A stretch of 64,000 nucleotides of DNA from Lingula anatina (lineage: Eukaryota > Animalia > Brachiopoda). The position numbers and the translations under genes were made by a program. Below the pieces are notes generated by a model. That model was not told the DNA's origin and ran no database searches. It was given only the letters and a program-made list of their open reading frames with translations. This document shows positions 1 through 14,120 of this stretch, in pieces. How positions within the stretch are numbered: position 1 is the first letter of the stretch; the number at the start of each line of letters is the position of its first letter. Where the stretch lies: NCBI GenBank assembly GCA_051362555.1, contig CM120640.1:4526001-4590000 (forward strand). The letters are read 5' to 3'.

Positions 1-3000
1 AGGAAGGTTTCGTGCCATAACAACTGTATTCCCAAGGCCCTGCATTTGTTTGTTTCTGAGATATTGATAATGCTATCCTCCAGTTAGTACAGGACTGAGA
101 CCAGTGGGATTTGACGTGTTCTTATCATCAACATTGCATGCGGTTTTATTCTGGGTATGTGACATTTTTGGCTGCTCAGCTTCAATTTGACAAATTGATT
201 TCCTTAATTATTTATGGTGGATAGTCAGTTAATTGGCATTTCTGCTGTTAACTTGTGGCATAAGTTTGATTTTTCATCGAGCTAATAATATTTTGTTATC
301 ACAGAGCATTTACATGGTATTTCCATTGCTGGGTCTTGCTTATGTGACATCTCTGTGAGAGAAGTTCTGGATGAAAGGTTTGGATGTGTGTGTTTGCTCT
401 TCTATGTAATTGAGGAAGATAATCTAATGCATGCAATTCTTTTTGGAGAATCATCCCAACTTAGAGCATCAATCAGGAAAATTCTAGGCTGTCTGTGTAA
501 TTGATGTGTGGTGTTTACAATTTCAACACTGTTTCTCATTGTGTAGTCAGATGAGACAAGCATGATTTTTTCTGTCTAAAATGTTTTATCATATGCAGGT
601 ATTTTCTGATCATAAGATTTTTTCACTTAAATCATAAGATTTTTTCACTAAAACAAGCATAAAATCCTGATCTAACAAAACTTGAAATTTGAAATTACTC
701 ATTTGAAAGAAGAAGGAGAAGATGATAAAACAGAAGGCTTAAATACCTGCTTTGCTTTCCCACAGGTAAAAAGATTCGAAAGAAAATTCAGGCTTTATGT
801 AGTTTCTTTTGTTTATTCTTACCTAGATGAAATATGTATATACCTGTAGACACTTATCCAAGTTGACAGATAAATCCAAACAGATTTATACAAAAATGAC
901 ATCAATGTTTCTCTCCTCAATTGAAAGCTCGCACACAAGGCAAGGATTAAGAATAGGGTATATTTCATATTTTATATGGGCTTAGTTCATCTAGGTGCAC
1001 ACTAATGATACATAAGTTTAAGACATGTCACTAACTGTGGTTTAAGAAAAAAATGTGTGCAATTAAGATTTTATTATTTTGATCAAATAATTTTTATATT
1101 TTATTGGACTTCAATTGACACTTTAAGATATTTGATGTATTGAATAAGAAAAAAAGGGGTTAAATCATATGTTTCTAAGCCAGCAGTTATTAGGATAGAT
1201 TTTTGCATGTGTGGTCAGATAAAGCTGATATTATTGCAAGGGAACAGATGATATCTCTTGCTCAGTCCTTTTAAATAAAATTAATCCAAAAATCTGTACA
1301 GCTCTCTACATCTGAGACAACACTTGAAAAGATACAAGGTAGGATGGCAGGTGCTATATGGGATGCATACCTGCTGGATTGCAATTAGCACAGTATTTGT
1401 TATTTTGAGACCAGTTCAGGTTTACTCTGTCTGAATCCTATGTGCATACAGTCTATGGCTTTGTTCACTGCAAGGCCAATATTTAGCTGTGGATTAGTTG
1501 GAAGGTGCATTTGCAGTCTGGATGGGATGACCTGACTTACTTTCTTTAATTAATGTGCATGCAGTCTTTGCTTAGGTTCAAAGTCAGACTGATCTGATTA
1601 TAATTTAGTCTAAAGACACACTTTCATTCCACTTGTGACAGCTTAACTTTTTTTTTTTACCTACTAATGAAATTTGTGCATTCTGGTTCTATATATAGAT
1701 TCCAGTATGATCTGATGACAAACCTTTGACTAGTTCCAGTCATGATTTGCCAGATTAATTGGAAATGCAGCCACTTTCTCCTTGTGTGAAACATAACGTA
1801 GTTCTACTGACAAAATGATAAATTTTTACCAAAAAAAAAAAAAAAAAATACAGTTGAGGTGATTGTACAGTGCACTTTTTTTAAAGTAACCATTGTCATG
1901 AGGGCATTTGTAAGCCAGCTCTTGCAAAGCACATTGAACTGTTTCACAGACAAGTAGTAAAGTGGGTCTGTACTAGGAAGAAAGGTATCAATGACTGATT
2001 GGAAATGATATTATAGTATGTGGGTGCCTTCATATTTATAATGGCATAGTGGATTGAAAATCTATTCCTGTTTACAAAGAGACAGTGTGTCTGAACAGTA
2101 TGTACATCCTGGTATTTTATATTCTTCATCGACAACTTCCATAATGGATGGAAAAGCCCACTCTATTGCAGACTACGGCAGTCTTTTTCAGCAGAAAATC
2201 CATCAATTTCCAGCATTAATGTGTATGAATAAGCATAGAAATTACCCTTTTCACGGAACCACTCCCTATTAACTGAAGTTATCAGCCTGACAAAAAGGCA
2301 TCATCATCATTATTATCATTACAGGTAGGAACATAATAAAAACGGAGTGAAAGCTACTTTGTTCAGATTGAGATTCTGATTGCATGAGGGTAGAATGTGA
2401 ATCCTTGTTGTGTTCTGTTTTCTCTTACTTCTTCATGTCTTATGCACAGTACATCAAAACAAATTATGAAATACTAATTAAGCAGACTGTGATTGAAATG
2501 TGTTTATTATTGAGGCACAAAGCAAATAATTTAGGCTCGGCTTCAATCTATCCACGAGGCAGGCTAAAAGCAGGGCTAAATATTGTGGATTGATTAATCA
2601 GAGAATTGAATATTTTATATTATTTTAAAGATTATATACTGTTCTTAATGTACTATTTAAAAAATTCTCATCTGTTCAGGTAAGAATTCATTTTACCATG
2701 TTTATATGTGAATGTTATCATCTCATGCCCATCCCACTAGCTGATACACGCAGAGGGCATTTTTATCCATTTAAGAATGACCAATAACTACTTAAACATG
2801 TACTTTTTTGTGAACTTTTTTGTCTCAGTTCATTGAAATTTTTCTGAATGTTCTGTAAGGGATAGGTGTTGTCCTCTTCCGGCTGACATGACAGTTTCAC
2901 TTTTCCCACAGTATAAGAGATTTGGGAGCACTGAACCAGATATATATGATCCTGAATAGGATCATAGAATACTTTTGCTCTAGGAATGTTTTGTCCAGAT

Positions 3001-3055
3001 TCTCCAAATGATAAGTGAACTCTGTTTCTGTTTAGGACCTAATTTTGTTATGTAA

Positions 3056-3056
<1 letters not shown>

Positions 3057-3091
<35 letters not shown>
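3057..3091. repeat. (TG)n microsatellite; others: (AAAT)n ~5863-5896, poly-T ~14090-14119, (GA)n ~20291-20325, (CA)n ~57785-57817
   Basis: Directly visible simple repeats. Confidence 0.95.
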
Positions 3092-3097
<6 letters not shown>

Positions 3098-5864
3098 ACG
3101 TCAAAGCCTTTCAGCGGCAGCCAGGATTTTTTACCAAAATTCTTGTATTTAACACATTTTCCCAGGTAAATGGCAGTTTCCCCTGACTTACCAATCTATA
3201 ATACTCCTTTTCTGATTAAAATGCACATTGCCTCGTTCATGCCATTGACTCGACTTAAGGATATAGCGAAGTTTTTTTTCAAACTTTGTCAAAATTCCTG
3301 ACTACCGAGGTTGAACAGGGGACAGTGAATATGATTATATTTTGCAATATTAGTTGAGGCCATTTATCTGTCAATTTATGTTTTAAAAGTTTTAATTGTC
3401 CTCAAGAAACGCTTCATATTCTTAGAATGTGTTTAGAATCCTGGCTTGGATCACCTTAAGTTCTGACACTCCAGGTGTGGTGAACTGCACATTCAATGGG
3501 TGACCTTGAGACTTATTTTCTAAGGATTCATAACTGATTGAAAGTCTCAATGAAAGAATCATGAACAATGCAGAGACAATATTTGTAGTCTTTTAAACAA
3601 TACTAAACACCATGAATGTTTAGAATAAGCATGGATAGGAAACTGATTAATTGCTCACATGTGTAAGTTGATTTTTTGATGTGTTCTAGATTTTCTGTAT
3701 TTAAATTATGCAATATACCACACCATACAAGTACTGGTGACTCATTTTTTTATAACATACACATATTCCCCACAGATCATGAATCCATGTAGAAAATTTA
3801 TTTGTATTATGTCATTAATCATCTAGAGTTTCTAGGATATTGTATCTGGCTGTTCCATTTATAGTTCAGTGGTTTAATTGGAGCTCTTCTCCAAGTCTAC
3901 AGTGACCATCAGCAATTATTCTTTGTCTAACTACATTGCTGTTTTCTCCACCTCCAGTGAGTTTTTATGTTATAATAGTCATTCTGCCAAACAAGTTTAT
4001 AAGCTGTGTTTTTCGAACATAATGTAACTTTTTCATATATCATTGTAGCAATAAATCTAAGACATATTCCCTACATTACAAACTTATTTAGATGTCAAGG
4101 TCTTAGTTTGATCAAGTCCAGGTGAAATATTTGATGGTATAACTTACTTATCATTAATAGCTATTGATAAAGGATAAATTAACATGAAAATGTTTTACAG
4201 TATCCTGCCACTCCATTTATCTAATTAAGATTGTATAGTTTGCATTATTACAAGTGTTGTCCAACATTATGCCATACAAAATGCGTTAAATTCAGAATTA
4301 ATGATAGTATCATACCTGCCACATTAGTACATGGCCGTATGTACGAGTTGGGGGGGCTGGTTGAAAGAACCATTCCTTTGATAGGTAAATCTCTGCTCTA
4401 AATTCACTTTTTTTCCAGGTTTTATGCATTGTAGAATGTATTACAGAGAATTGTCCCATGAGAAAAGTTACATGTCTCAACTTTACTTTGAAAGCTCCCT
4501 GTGTAAATTAAATAAGTGCTAAATGCAGCTTGTGCAGTTTCACCACAAATGCTTGCATGAGTACCCAGTTTAAAGACATGTAGAAGGTTGGAAAAATCAA
4601 CAATTTCTTGAGTCACACATAGGCTTGTAGAAATGCAGTGGGAATGCTTGTGTGGCCCATACAGTATTTTCTTTGGAAATTCAATAAAAGTTATTGGATT
4701 TTGGTGGTCTTCCATGTGCCTTGCATTGTAATTTTATCAATTTGTACCTTAAAATACATCAGTTATACATCACGGTGTCAAGTAAAATAGTTCTATGAAA
4801 TCCAAGTCAGTTGTCACCAAAAGATAAACAGTTGTTGCGGATGTACATGTACTTAGTTTTCATAAGGCTAAAACTACAGTGAAATATGAGATTTTGACAC
4901 TGTTTTCCCATTTTATTTAAAATGCAGTTTTTATCTAGAACCTTTGTATTTAATGCACAATCAATTTACACAGTGGATTTTTGATAATATTAATATCCTA
5001 CTTGATTATAATTATCAGCATACACGTATGGGAGGTTATTGTTTTTCATTGTCATGGTTTTGCCTTAAACAGACATTTTTCATACCCATTAATTGTAAGA
5101 TACTTCACCTTGAAGGTACTCTGCACAGGATTTTGAGGAAAAATTAATTTTCCTGCCAGGGTAAAGTGCATCTTTCTTTAACTCATAATTATACCTATCC
5201 TTGCCTTTGGGTTCAATGTCTTATTCCATTTTTGATTGATAATTTAGATGTTAATGACTGTCATTTAGAATGCCATTTGCCTTCCCTGACATTTACCGAG
5301 CATGGCCTAGTTTTCACTTCACAACACAAGGAAATGGCGCCATGTTTTGTATTGCACCCCCGTGTCAAGTATAATACAGATGTTGTGAGGTACGATGGCT
5401 ACCTGACAAGGCTGAGAAGATGACACTAGTTACGCTTCAGATAAATTGTTATTTAAAGGGTTTTATCATCTTTAAGGTCTGAATCGGGGAAATAAAAAAG
5501 GCTTTGCAGGATATTAATAAGACTGTGGGGAGTTTCAAACATCTGGAGAATCCCTTGAAGCTTTTTAATTAGAATGCCACATCACTGAATTACATTTTAT
5601 GAAAAAAAAAACTTTATTGCACAGAAAATCAACCAGTAAAGGCATCTTACCTTATTCACCTGACTACATGTACCCCATACTTTAACAAGATTTATCAATT
5701 CTTTCGATACCAATATAGCCAAATTGATAGAATGATTTTAACAAACCTTTTTTGAAAAATTCGTTCAGCATTTTTCATCAAGTTTGAATAGATTTATTTT
5801 GAAAAAAAAAAAGATGTGAAAATACAGTATTCCCTGAAAGATGTGACAATAAGATGGCAAAAAA

Positions 5865-5895
<31 letters not shown>

Positions 5896-6526
5896 AAGAA
5901 AAATTTTAAAATTAAAAAAAAAACAAAAACAGTCAGGCACTGGATGCAGAGTGCATTTAAAAATCTAAAATCTGATAAATTTAAAATTCATCTTGGCAAA
6001 TATGAAAAATGTAAAATGGTACCAAAGAGTTTGAAAATACATGGATGTGACAACCACAGAAAGAGTGTGTAAATACTAATTAAGATATGATCAGGTACTA
6101 GCATACATATGTGCATGATCTACTCAGTAAAGCACTTTGGTTTCATTATCGGAGACAGGTGAAAATATGATCTATTTGTTACATCTGATATTTACTTTCA
6201 CGGCAAAACTGATAGTTCTTCTAATTATCTCGGAACATTTATGGAAAAGACAATTTTGAACCTAAAGCCTGTTCATTGCCCATGTAGGTTTGATCATAGG
6301 ACTGAAGAGCTAGATGGGCCATTCACTGAGACTGAATGTGTATAATGTTTCTATGGAATCTGCAATTGACATCCTTTATAGCTTTCTGTAGGTTTCCAAC
6401 TGGTGGTTTGTATGTGCTCACAAATGTTTCCTGAGGGGTGTTATTATTGAGTTAAGAGGATATATGACTGAGTGATTTTGCATTGTTCAGCCACTGATCA
6501 GTCTTGCCACCAGCAGATCGTCACCA

Positions 6527-6840
6527 AATCATCTATTGCCAATTTCCAGTATGCCATAAGAATTGGCTTTTGAGCATATTGGCTTGATGAACTAAGCATT
6601 TAAGGTACATTTTAGGACAGTGACTCAAGGTGGTTTTTAGACTACTGGTACATGCATATTCAGGAGTGGTTGGGGAGGTTTGATTTTTCCAAACAATCTA
6701 TTGCCAATTTCCTATGCCATAGGAATCGGCTTGTGAGCATATTGGTCTGATGAACTAAGCATTTAAGGCACATTTCAGGACAGTGACTAAAAGCAGTTTG
6801 TGGACTATATTCAGGGGTGATTGGAGAGGTTTGGTTTTTA
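6527..6840. repeat. Diverged tandem duplication, ~165-bp unit x2
   Basis: ATCTATTGCCAATTTCC...GATGAACTAAGCATTTAAGG...GGACAGTGACT occurs at ~6531 and ~6696. Confidence 0.85.
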
Positions 6841-7272
6841 AATCAAAGATATAATTAAACTACCCATAAGTGAGTGAATATTATTTATGACATATTGCAA
6901 TTTGCCAAATTAAAAAAAAAATAGTTTTTTTGAATCCAAATCCATTAGTAGGGTTCCTTGGAGTATCCATTGCCAATGTTCAGGGGCCTGCTTTTACATT
7001 AGCTTATGTATAACCTATGTGGTCACAGTTGAACTGCTGCTGTTGCTGCCCCAAAGCAATGATCCTTTCTGTGTTTCAAAGTTATGAACTGCTTTTTAGT
7101 GAAAGTTTGTTTTGCTTGGTGGTGCATGATTTAAATGCTCCATTAACATTATATTCCAGTGGCATGCTTTTTCAGGTTTTTTTCTTTTTTATTTTTTTCT
7201 GTAAAGATGTACAGTAATAACTCAAGCTTTTCAATGGGGAAAATTGTAAATTTTACAGATGCTGTCATTTTT

Positions 7273-7618
7273 TTAAAGGGATAATAACTCTTCATATGAG
7301 ATCTATATTTCACAATAAAAACATTGTGAATAACTCATAGAAATATAATATATTCCATTTTACCACAAAAACAGCAGTTATAGCTATTATTCTGATATCT
7401 GAGCTTGTCTTTAGACCATGTGACCTCCATTGATGGATATACTCTGTTAAAATCTCTTAAGAGATTTTAACAAAAAACCAAACTTTTTAGAAAAAAACCA
7501 GGGACTAACTTTGAATGTAAAAATGGATTCATTTACCATTGGTAAGTATGAGAAAATTGTTGTTTACTCCAGGAAAATTCATTTTTTGGCCGAAACGAAG
7601 AGTTATTATCACTTTAAG
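7273..7618. mobile_element. TTAA-flanked non-autonomous element (Kolobok/piggyBac-type); fragments at ~27790-27990 and ~39530-39830
   Basis: TTAAAGGGATAATAACTCTTC / GAAGAGTTATTATCACTTTAA; internal GACCA..TGACCTCC..ATTGATGG motif recurs at the other two sites; itself lies inside an older inverted pair (~7222-7250 / ~7752-7780). Confidence 0.6.
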
Positions 7619-8927
7619 TAACTAGTTCTTAGAATTATAAGATTTCCATCGAATGATAACAAAAAAAAATAGATCGGTTCTATACAGTGAAAGGACCAAT
7701 ATCAAAATATGATTTTTATGATTCAAAAATTTGCTGTGTTTTTGAAGGATTGTTAATTTTTCCCCATTGAAAAGATCAAGTCATTTATTTCTCTTAAAAA
7801 TTTTTAGCAACAGATTATGTTCTGTCAACAAGGTAACGTATATATATATATATATATATATTTACAGAAGATGACATACGTTTTACAAAAAGCTACTAAT
7901 CTTTGTATCAACTCAAATTATTTTTTATTCATAGAGGTAGAATGCATGTGTGCTATATTTGCTAATTCAAAGTATGAGTCAATACCAGTGCAAGATTACA
8001 TGAAACCATGTTTACTTAGCTTCAGTACTGTGTGTCCTGTTATCATGTAAAGCTGATAATAATTGGAAGTTGATTGATTTATTTTATGACAGTAATGGTC
8101 ATTACTGATGCCTATCCCACGGAAGACTACACTAAGATTAATCAGCCAACAGTTGATTATACATCTTTCAACTATTCACTTGAACATATTTTAAGTAGTA
8201 AAGATACATTGTTAGAAAATAGGTGGAAGCATTTGATGTAGTTACTATCAAATCAAAATATTTTAGGTTTTATTTCAGCGGCCATCTTCTGTCTTTGTAT
8301 GTAATATATAGGGCTGTTGTATAGCTGCTGATTTGTCATTTATTGTGATCAATTATGAAAATGCAATGACACAGCTAATCATTTGTGTGACGATTTAAAA
8401 AAATTATTAAATTATTAGTAAATACTGAGGTAATCTATCCATAAGCATGTTAGCATTGAATTTCAAATAACACATAATGGTGCTTTCTATCCTTGCTGTT
8501 GAATGGAAGTCGCCTTCAAATTGACGTGAAGTGGATTTCCCACCTTAAATTCAATACCCAGGGAATCAATTTCTGAAGTTACAGGAATGGTTAGAGACGT
8601 GTCTTGACTATTAGGACTGGTTCTGAGAGTTGTTCATATTTTGTACAAATGGTCCGTGGCCTCTGAAATTGTGTAGAAGTGGACTGTTTGTATAATTGAT
8701 ACCATACATATTTCATGGTATTGCTTTATTACTGTGGCCTAGAGTTTATATTCATGCATTGTACTTGCTGTTATCGTATGACATTTGATGTCAAATATGC
8801 TTGTTTCATTTCAGGTAGTGCTTGTTACATGAGGTGTGCAGTCAATCTGGAGGCTGCAAAGATTTACCAGTGACTAGGGTGTCATAGCAACTTGAACTTA
8901 CAGAAGTATTATATATAATTATATACC

Positions 8928-11900
8928 ATGGGGAAAACAAACAGCAAACTGAAACCGGAGGTTCTTGAAGACCTCAGACAAAACACAGCATTTACAGATG
9001 AAGAAATTCAGGAATGGTACAAGGGATTTTTGAAGGACTGCCCAAGTGGACATCTTTCTGTGGAAGAATTCAAAAAAATCTATGGAAATTTTTTCCCATA
9101 TGGAGATGCTTCGAAATTTGCAGAGCACGTGTTCCGCACCTTTGACCAGAATGGTGACGGTACTATAGATTTCCGTGAGTTTATTTGTGCACTAAGTGTG
9201 ACCTCCCGAGGGAAATTAGAACAGAAGTTAAAGTGGGCTTTCAGCATGTATGATCTGGATGGAAATGGTTTTATTTCAAGGCAGGAAATGCTGGAAATTG
9301 TGACTGTAAGTATATGTATTGGCAGTTAATTCATTCCTGAACCTCTATGCTATTCCAAACAATCAGACCGTAACTTCCCTTTGGGTATTATCATCAGTTC
9401 CTGTCTAGTTATTTTTCTGGAAACCATATGCCTTTTTAAGTTTCTTAACTGCCAAAGAGAATCAATGGTACATATTGGCATTTTTTTCAAAACTGCATGC
9501 CTGATGTTTGGTATTACTTTGTCTACATCAGATAAAAACTACCTATCTGATGACGGCTGACTTCACCTCTTATTTTTAAAGATGCTCATGCAATTGAGTC
9601 TTATTATTGTACCACCAGCGTAGGCGCTGGCGGTACACATGGTTTTAGTCCCGACCCGTATGTTCCGCCGGCTCCTGCGGCTCCTGCGGCTCCGCCGCCA
9701 AGTCACCGTTACCGCTTCTCCTCCTAGACGGTAAGGGCCTCCATACCCATCTCTTGGATTTAGGTCACCTATAATCTCAACTCGTTCCACGTAAAATTTG
9801 GGCTTTGTCGGTATTGGGGTCTAGGTGTGGCACTCATTGCAATGCACCCTTGTCCAAAAATGGCAAAATTAAATGCTAATTATCTCCCCTACGGAAGGAA
9901 TTATGGGAAAAATTTCTACAGACAGCTTTCCAAAAGTCATATGTGTAGATTTCAAATATGCCCTTGGATTTGACCTTTGACCTTTATTTCAAGGTCAAAC
10001 GGGCCAAAATTTTCAAAAAAACAAAATTTTTGCCGAAAAAAAAATTATTTGCGGTCTTATTCAGCCACCACACAGACTTAACTAATAATATTAATGGAAA
10101 GTGTTACCCTTCGGGTCATCTTTCATCTCCGTGAATTTGGGGTCAATCGGTGCATTTTCACGGGAGTAGCGGCCATAAGATATCGAAACTGAAAACTGTC
10201 TCTAATTCGGGAACCGTTAATGCTAGACACCCATTCTTTTTTGCATTTTGTAGAGCATGTAAAGCCCAACACTGGGGGTGATCTCGGTTTTTTTGTATTC
10301 CATACGGTTTTCGAGTTACGCTGTATCAAAAAGTACATATTGGTGGTGAAAGCAAAATGTGCAGTACGGTAATGGATAATAAATTTTGAACTCCGGAAAA
10401 ATAAGACATAAGGCTTGGCAAAGCAGACAACTTGTGGTCAAAAATGACATTATTTCATCAAATTTGAACATCTGGAACTTCAGAGCACCTCCCATTTCAA
10501 GAATTTTGACCAAAATGACCTTTTCTTTATTTCAATTAATTTTTTCTGTAGGAAATTTATGGCACATTATGGTAACTCCAAAATTATAACATTTAGTCCC
10601 TTATATCTCCAAAACTGGCAGAGATAGGTCCATAGTTACTATTGAAGTTGAATAGGAAGTCATATACTGGCAATCTAAATGTGACCTTAAAATTGACCTT
10701 TGACCTACTTTTCACCATGAACTGAACTTTGCAAATTTTACTTCCCTTTTATCTCCTAAACTGGCAGAGATAGGTCCATAGTTACTATTGAACTTGAATA
10801 GGAAGTCATATACTGGCAATCTAAATGTGACCTTAAAATTGACCTTTGACCTACTTTTCACCATGAACTGAACTTTGCAAATTTTGCTTCCCTTTTATCT
10901 CCAAAACTGGCAGAGATAGGTCCATAGTTTCTATTGAACTTGAATAGGAAGTCATATACTGGCAATCTACATGTGACCTTGAAATTGACCTTTGACCTAC
11001 TTTTCACCATGAATTGAACTTTGCAAATTTTGCTTCCCTTTTATCTCCAAAACTGGCAGAGATAGGTCCATAGTTACTGTTGAAGTTGAATAGGAAGTCA
11101 TATACTGGCAATCTAAATGTGACCTTGAAATTGACCTTTGACCTACTTTTCACCATGAACTGAACTTTGGAAATTTTGCTTCCCTTTTATCTCCAAAACT
11201 GGCAGAGATAGGTCCAATGTTACTATTGAACTTGAATAGGAAGTCATATACTGGCAATCCAAATGTGACCTTGAAATTGACCTTTGACCTACTTTTCACC
11301 ATGAACTGAACTTTGCAAATTTTGCTGCCATTTATCTCCAAAACTGGCAGAGATAGGTCCATAGTTACTATTGAACTGGAATAGGAAGTCATACACTGGC
11401 AATCTAAATGTGACCTTAAAATTGACATTTGACCTACTTTTCACCATGAACTGAACTTTGCAAATTTTGCTGCCCTTTTATCTCCAAAACTGGCAGAGAT
11501 AGGTCCATAGATACTATTGAACTTGAATAGGAAGTCATACACTGGCAATCTAAATGTGACCTTGAAATTGACCTTTGACCTACTTTTCACCATGAACTGA
11601 ACTTTGCAAAATTTGCTTCCCTTTCATATCCAAAACTGGCAGAGATAGGTCCATAGTTACTATTGAACTTGAATAGGAAGTCATACACTGGCAATCTTAA
11701 TGTGACCTTGAAATTGACCTTTGACCTACTTTTCACCATGAACTGAACTTTGCAAAATTTGCTTCCCTTTCATATCCAAAACTGGCAGAGATAGGTCCAT
11801 AGTTACTATTGAACTTGAATAGGAAGTCATACACTGGCAATCTTAATGTGACCTACTTTTCACCATGAACTGAACTTTGCAAATTTTGCTTCCCTTTCAT

Positions 11901-12793
11901 ATCCAAAACTGGCAGAGATAGGTCCATAGTTACTATTGAACTTGGATAGGAAGTCATATACTGGCAATCTTAGTGTGACCTACTTTTCACCATGAACTGA
12001 ACTTTGCAAATGTTTTTCCATTTTATCTCTAAAACTGGCAGACAAAAAAGACAACTTTCAAATTGTTAGCGAAAGATCGTCAACTAGTGAGACAACCCCT
12101 CCCCCTTCTTTTTCCTTCCCATACGAATGCTCTTACTCCAGCTGGTGGTACAATACCAGGAGGCGGTATCGCCTCTCTGATCCTCTAGTTTCATTGGCTA
12201 GTATATACATGTTCCATATTATTTTGAGTGTTCAGGAGGGGGGGAAGCAAAACATGTCTTCTTATAACTATCAACATTGGGCTGTTAACAAATTGTTATT
12301 AACACTTAACCCATGACAAGGCCAATGGAAATTGAATCATCTGTGTTCTGGCTTGGATTAAAAGTCCTTTATAAAGTTATTTAGCTTCGCAGGATATGTA
12401 GTTAGAAAAATACGGTTTTGGGGCAGTTTTAAATGCATACACTTAAAAGAAAAAAAGCAATTTTTCAATATCAATAAATAGGATTTAAACTGAATATCTT
12501 ATTTTCTGGGAATCTTCACCTGGTAATGGATTTTTTTGTATATTTCTACCAAAAGTTGAATTTTTCATTTCATTTTTTTATTGTCATTACAGGCGATCTA
12601 CAAAATGGTAGGTACAGTAATGAAAATGCCAGAGGATGAATCAACACCTGAGAAAAGAACAGATAAAATTTTCCGACAGATGGACAAGAATCTAGATGGC
12701 TATTTGTCCTTGGAAGAGTTTATAGAGGGTGCAAAGAGTGATCCATCAATTGTCCGTCTGCTTCAATGTGATCCTTCAGGAGGACAGAGCTGA
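8928..12793 (+). CDS. NCALD: Neurocalcin-delta/hippocalcin-like neuronal calcium sensor, 192 aa; coding exons 8928-9305 and 12593-12793
   Basis: MGKTNSKL N-myristoylation motif; EF-hand loops [36 protein letters not shown]; phase-0 intron GTAAGT(9306)...TTACAG(12592); 5'UTR acceptor TTTCAG at 8809-8814 implies a non-coding exon further upstream. Orthology among NCALD/HPCA/HPCAL1 is not resolved. Confidence 0.95.
9601..12190 (+). mobile_element. Non-autonomous Helentron-associated element (HINE/DINE-1-like) with internal tandem array, in the neurocalcin intron
   Basis: 5' subTIR TGTACCACCAGC (9608-9619) forming a hairpin with 9625-9637, then GGCTCCTGC-type microsatellite; 3' subTIR GCTGGTGGTACA (12141-12152), stem-loop GAGGCG-GTAT-CGCCTC (12160-12175), CTAGTT end; T-rich flanks, no TSD. 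Confidence 0.8.
10600..12042. repeat. Tandem array, ~10 copies of a 146-bp unit (last two ~126-127 bp)
   Basis: Anchor CTGGCAGA recurs at 10615, 10761, 10907, 11053, 11199, 11344, 11490, 11636, 11782, 11909, 12035. Confidence 0.97.
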
Positions 12794-13670
12794 AACTAGG
12801 AACTCTAGACTCTGGGACACCTTCATTGACATCTGAATAGCTGCATTTACAAACGTCATTCATCAAGCAGATGTCAAACAGAGGAAATAGCACAATTTGA
12901 TGGAATCGATATAAGACAGCACAAAGTGAAATACAATAGCAAGAGAAAACAAATCAAGAGAAAAATTGAATGAAATGGGTTACCACTGGTTACAATTTGT
13001 TTTGTGTGGTTGCTCTGCATTCAATATTTACCCGGAGGTTTTGAGTAGAATCTAAAACAAGGAATTGCCCTGCCCTGAACCATTTTTTACCATTGCGCAT
13101 GCACATTGTGTGGAGCAACTTAATTTTAAGTGATGCTTGGCACCACAGAGAGCATCTGATTGATCGATGCTAGCCAGAAGATTAACATGGATATTAGTAA
13201 AGACTCGTTAATGGCCCATTCGACCTTATTTCACTTATCTACATGAACATCGGTATTGAGACTTGAAGCTTGTAGAAAAAGATAGAAAGGAAGTGAGCAA
13301 CATGTAGAGGCAATTACTTCAGTGATCTGGTTAAATCAGTTGATAATGGATTATTTTTCCATGTTTCACATTGAGTCCAGAATGGCCAGATCACAGGGAC
13401 ACCATTCACCATGTGCTGTTTAATTTTCAGCAGCAGAAGCATGGTTGTGTGAAGGAATGTGTAAAGAAACCACTTTTTTCTGTTATTCCTTTTGAACCAA
13501 AAATGAACGAAAGAATTCACCATCTATAGAGGAGTTATGATATTTACACATGTTTATATATCTAGTATATTATCTAAAAGATGCATACAAATCCAACTGG
13601 TCCCCCTCCAGCCAGTCCATTTCCATGCATGTTTGTCATGTCTTTTGGTTGTTTTCTTACCTCTATTTAA

Positions 13671-13881
13671 CAGGCCTGTAGCCAGCAGTTTCATAGGGGA
13701 GGGGTTCTTTTTTAATAAAGGCAGACTTTTTAACCCTGTTAGTTGACTGACCTTGAGAAACACCATAGAAACTAGCTGAAATATCAAAGAAACTAATTCA
13801 AATTTTGATTCAGAGTGGACTTTTCCAGCCAAAAGGACTGTCAGTCCTTTTCAACCCCCAAACCCCCTGCCTATGGGCCTG
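13671..13881. mobile_element. hAT-like MITE family (CAGGCC...GGCCTG); relatives at ~18625-18981, ~21474-21622, ~61563-61734
   Basis: Shared CAGGCC(T/C)GTAGCCAGCA...GGTTCTTTTT start and CCCCC..GCCTATGGGCCTG end. Confidence 0.6.
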
Positions 13882-14087
13882 ATTTATAATCCACCATTCC
13901 ATTCTGCACTCTGCTGGATGATATGCTAGATTGACCACAAACTCTGTGCTTTGATGCTGTTTGATAGATGCTTGTTGTATAGGAGTGGCTTGTTTGTTTG
14001 AATTTGCATATGTGCTATTTTTACATACCTTATTCAGGATTTGTATTCATGATTGATCAGTTTGTAAAGGAAAATAACTGCCATCTC

Positions 14088-14120
<33 letters not shown>

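Noticed and set aside
1-8800. Short ORFs of 60-97 aa in the first 8.8 kb
   Set aside because: No recognisable motifs or exon chain; best read as the long 5' intron of the neurocalcin gene.
10600-12042. CRISPR-like regular array and the 92-aa ORF at 11150-11428
   Set aside because: Head-to-tail units with no unique spacers, eukaryotic context, no cas genes; the ORF is a by-product of the repeat.
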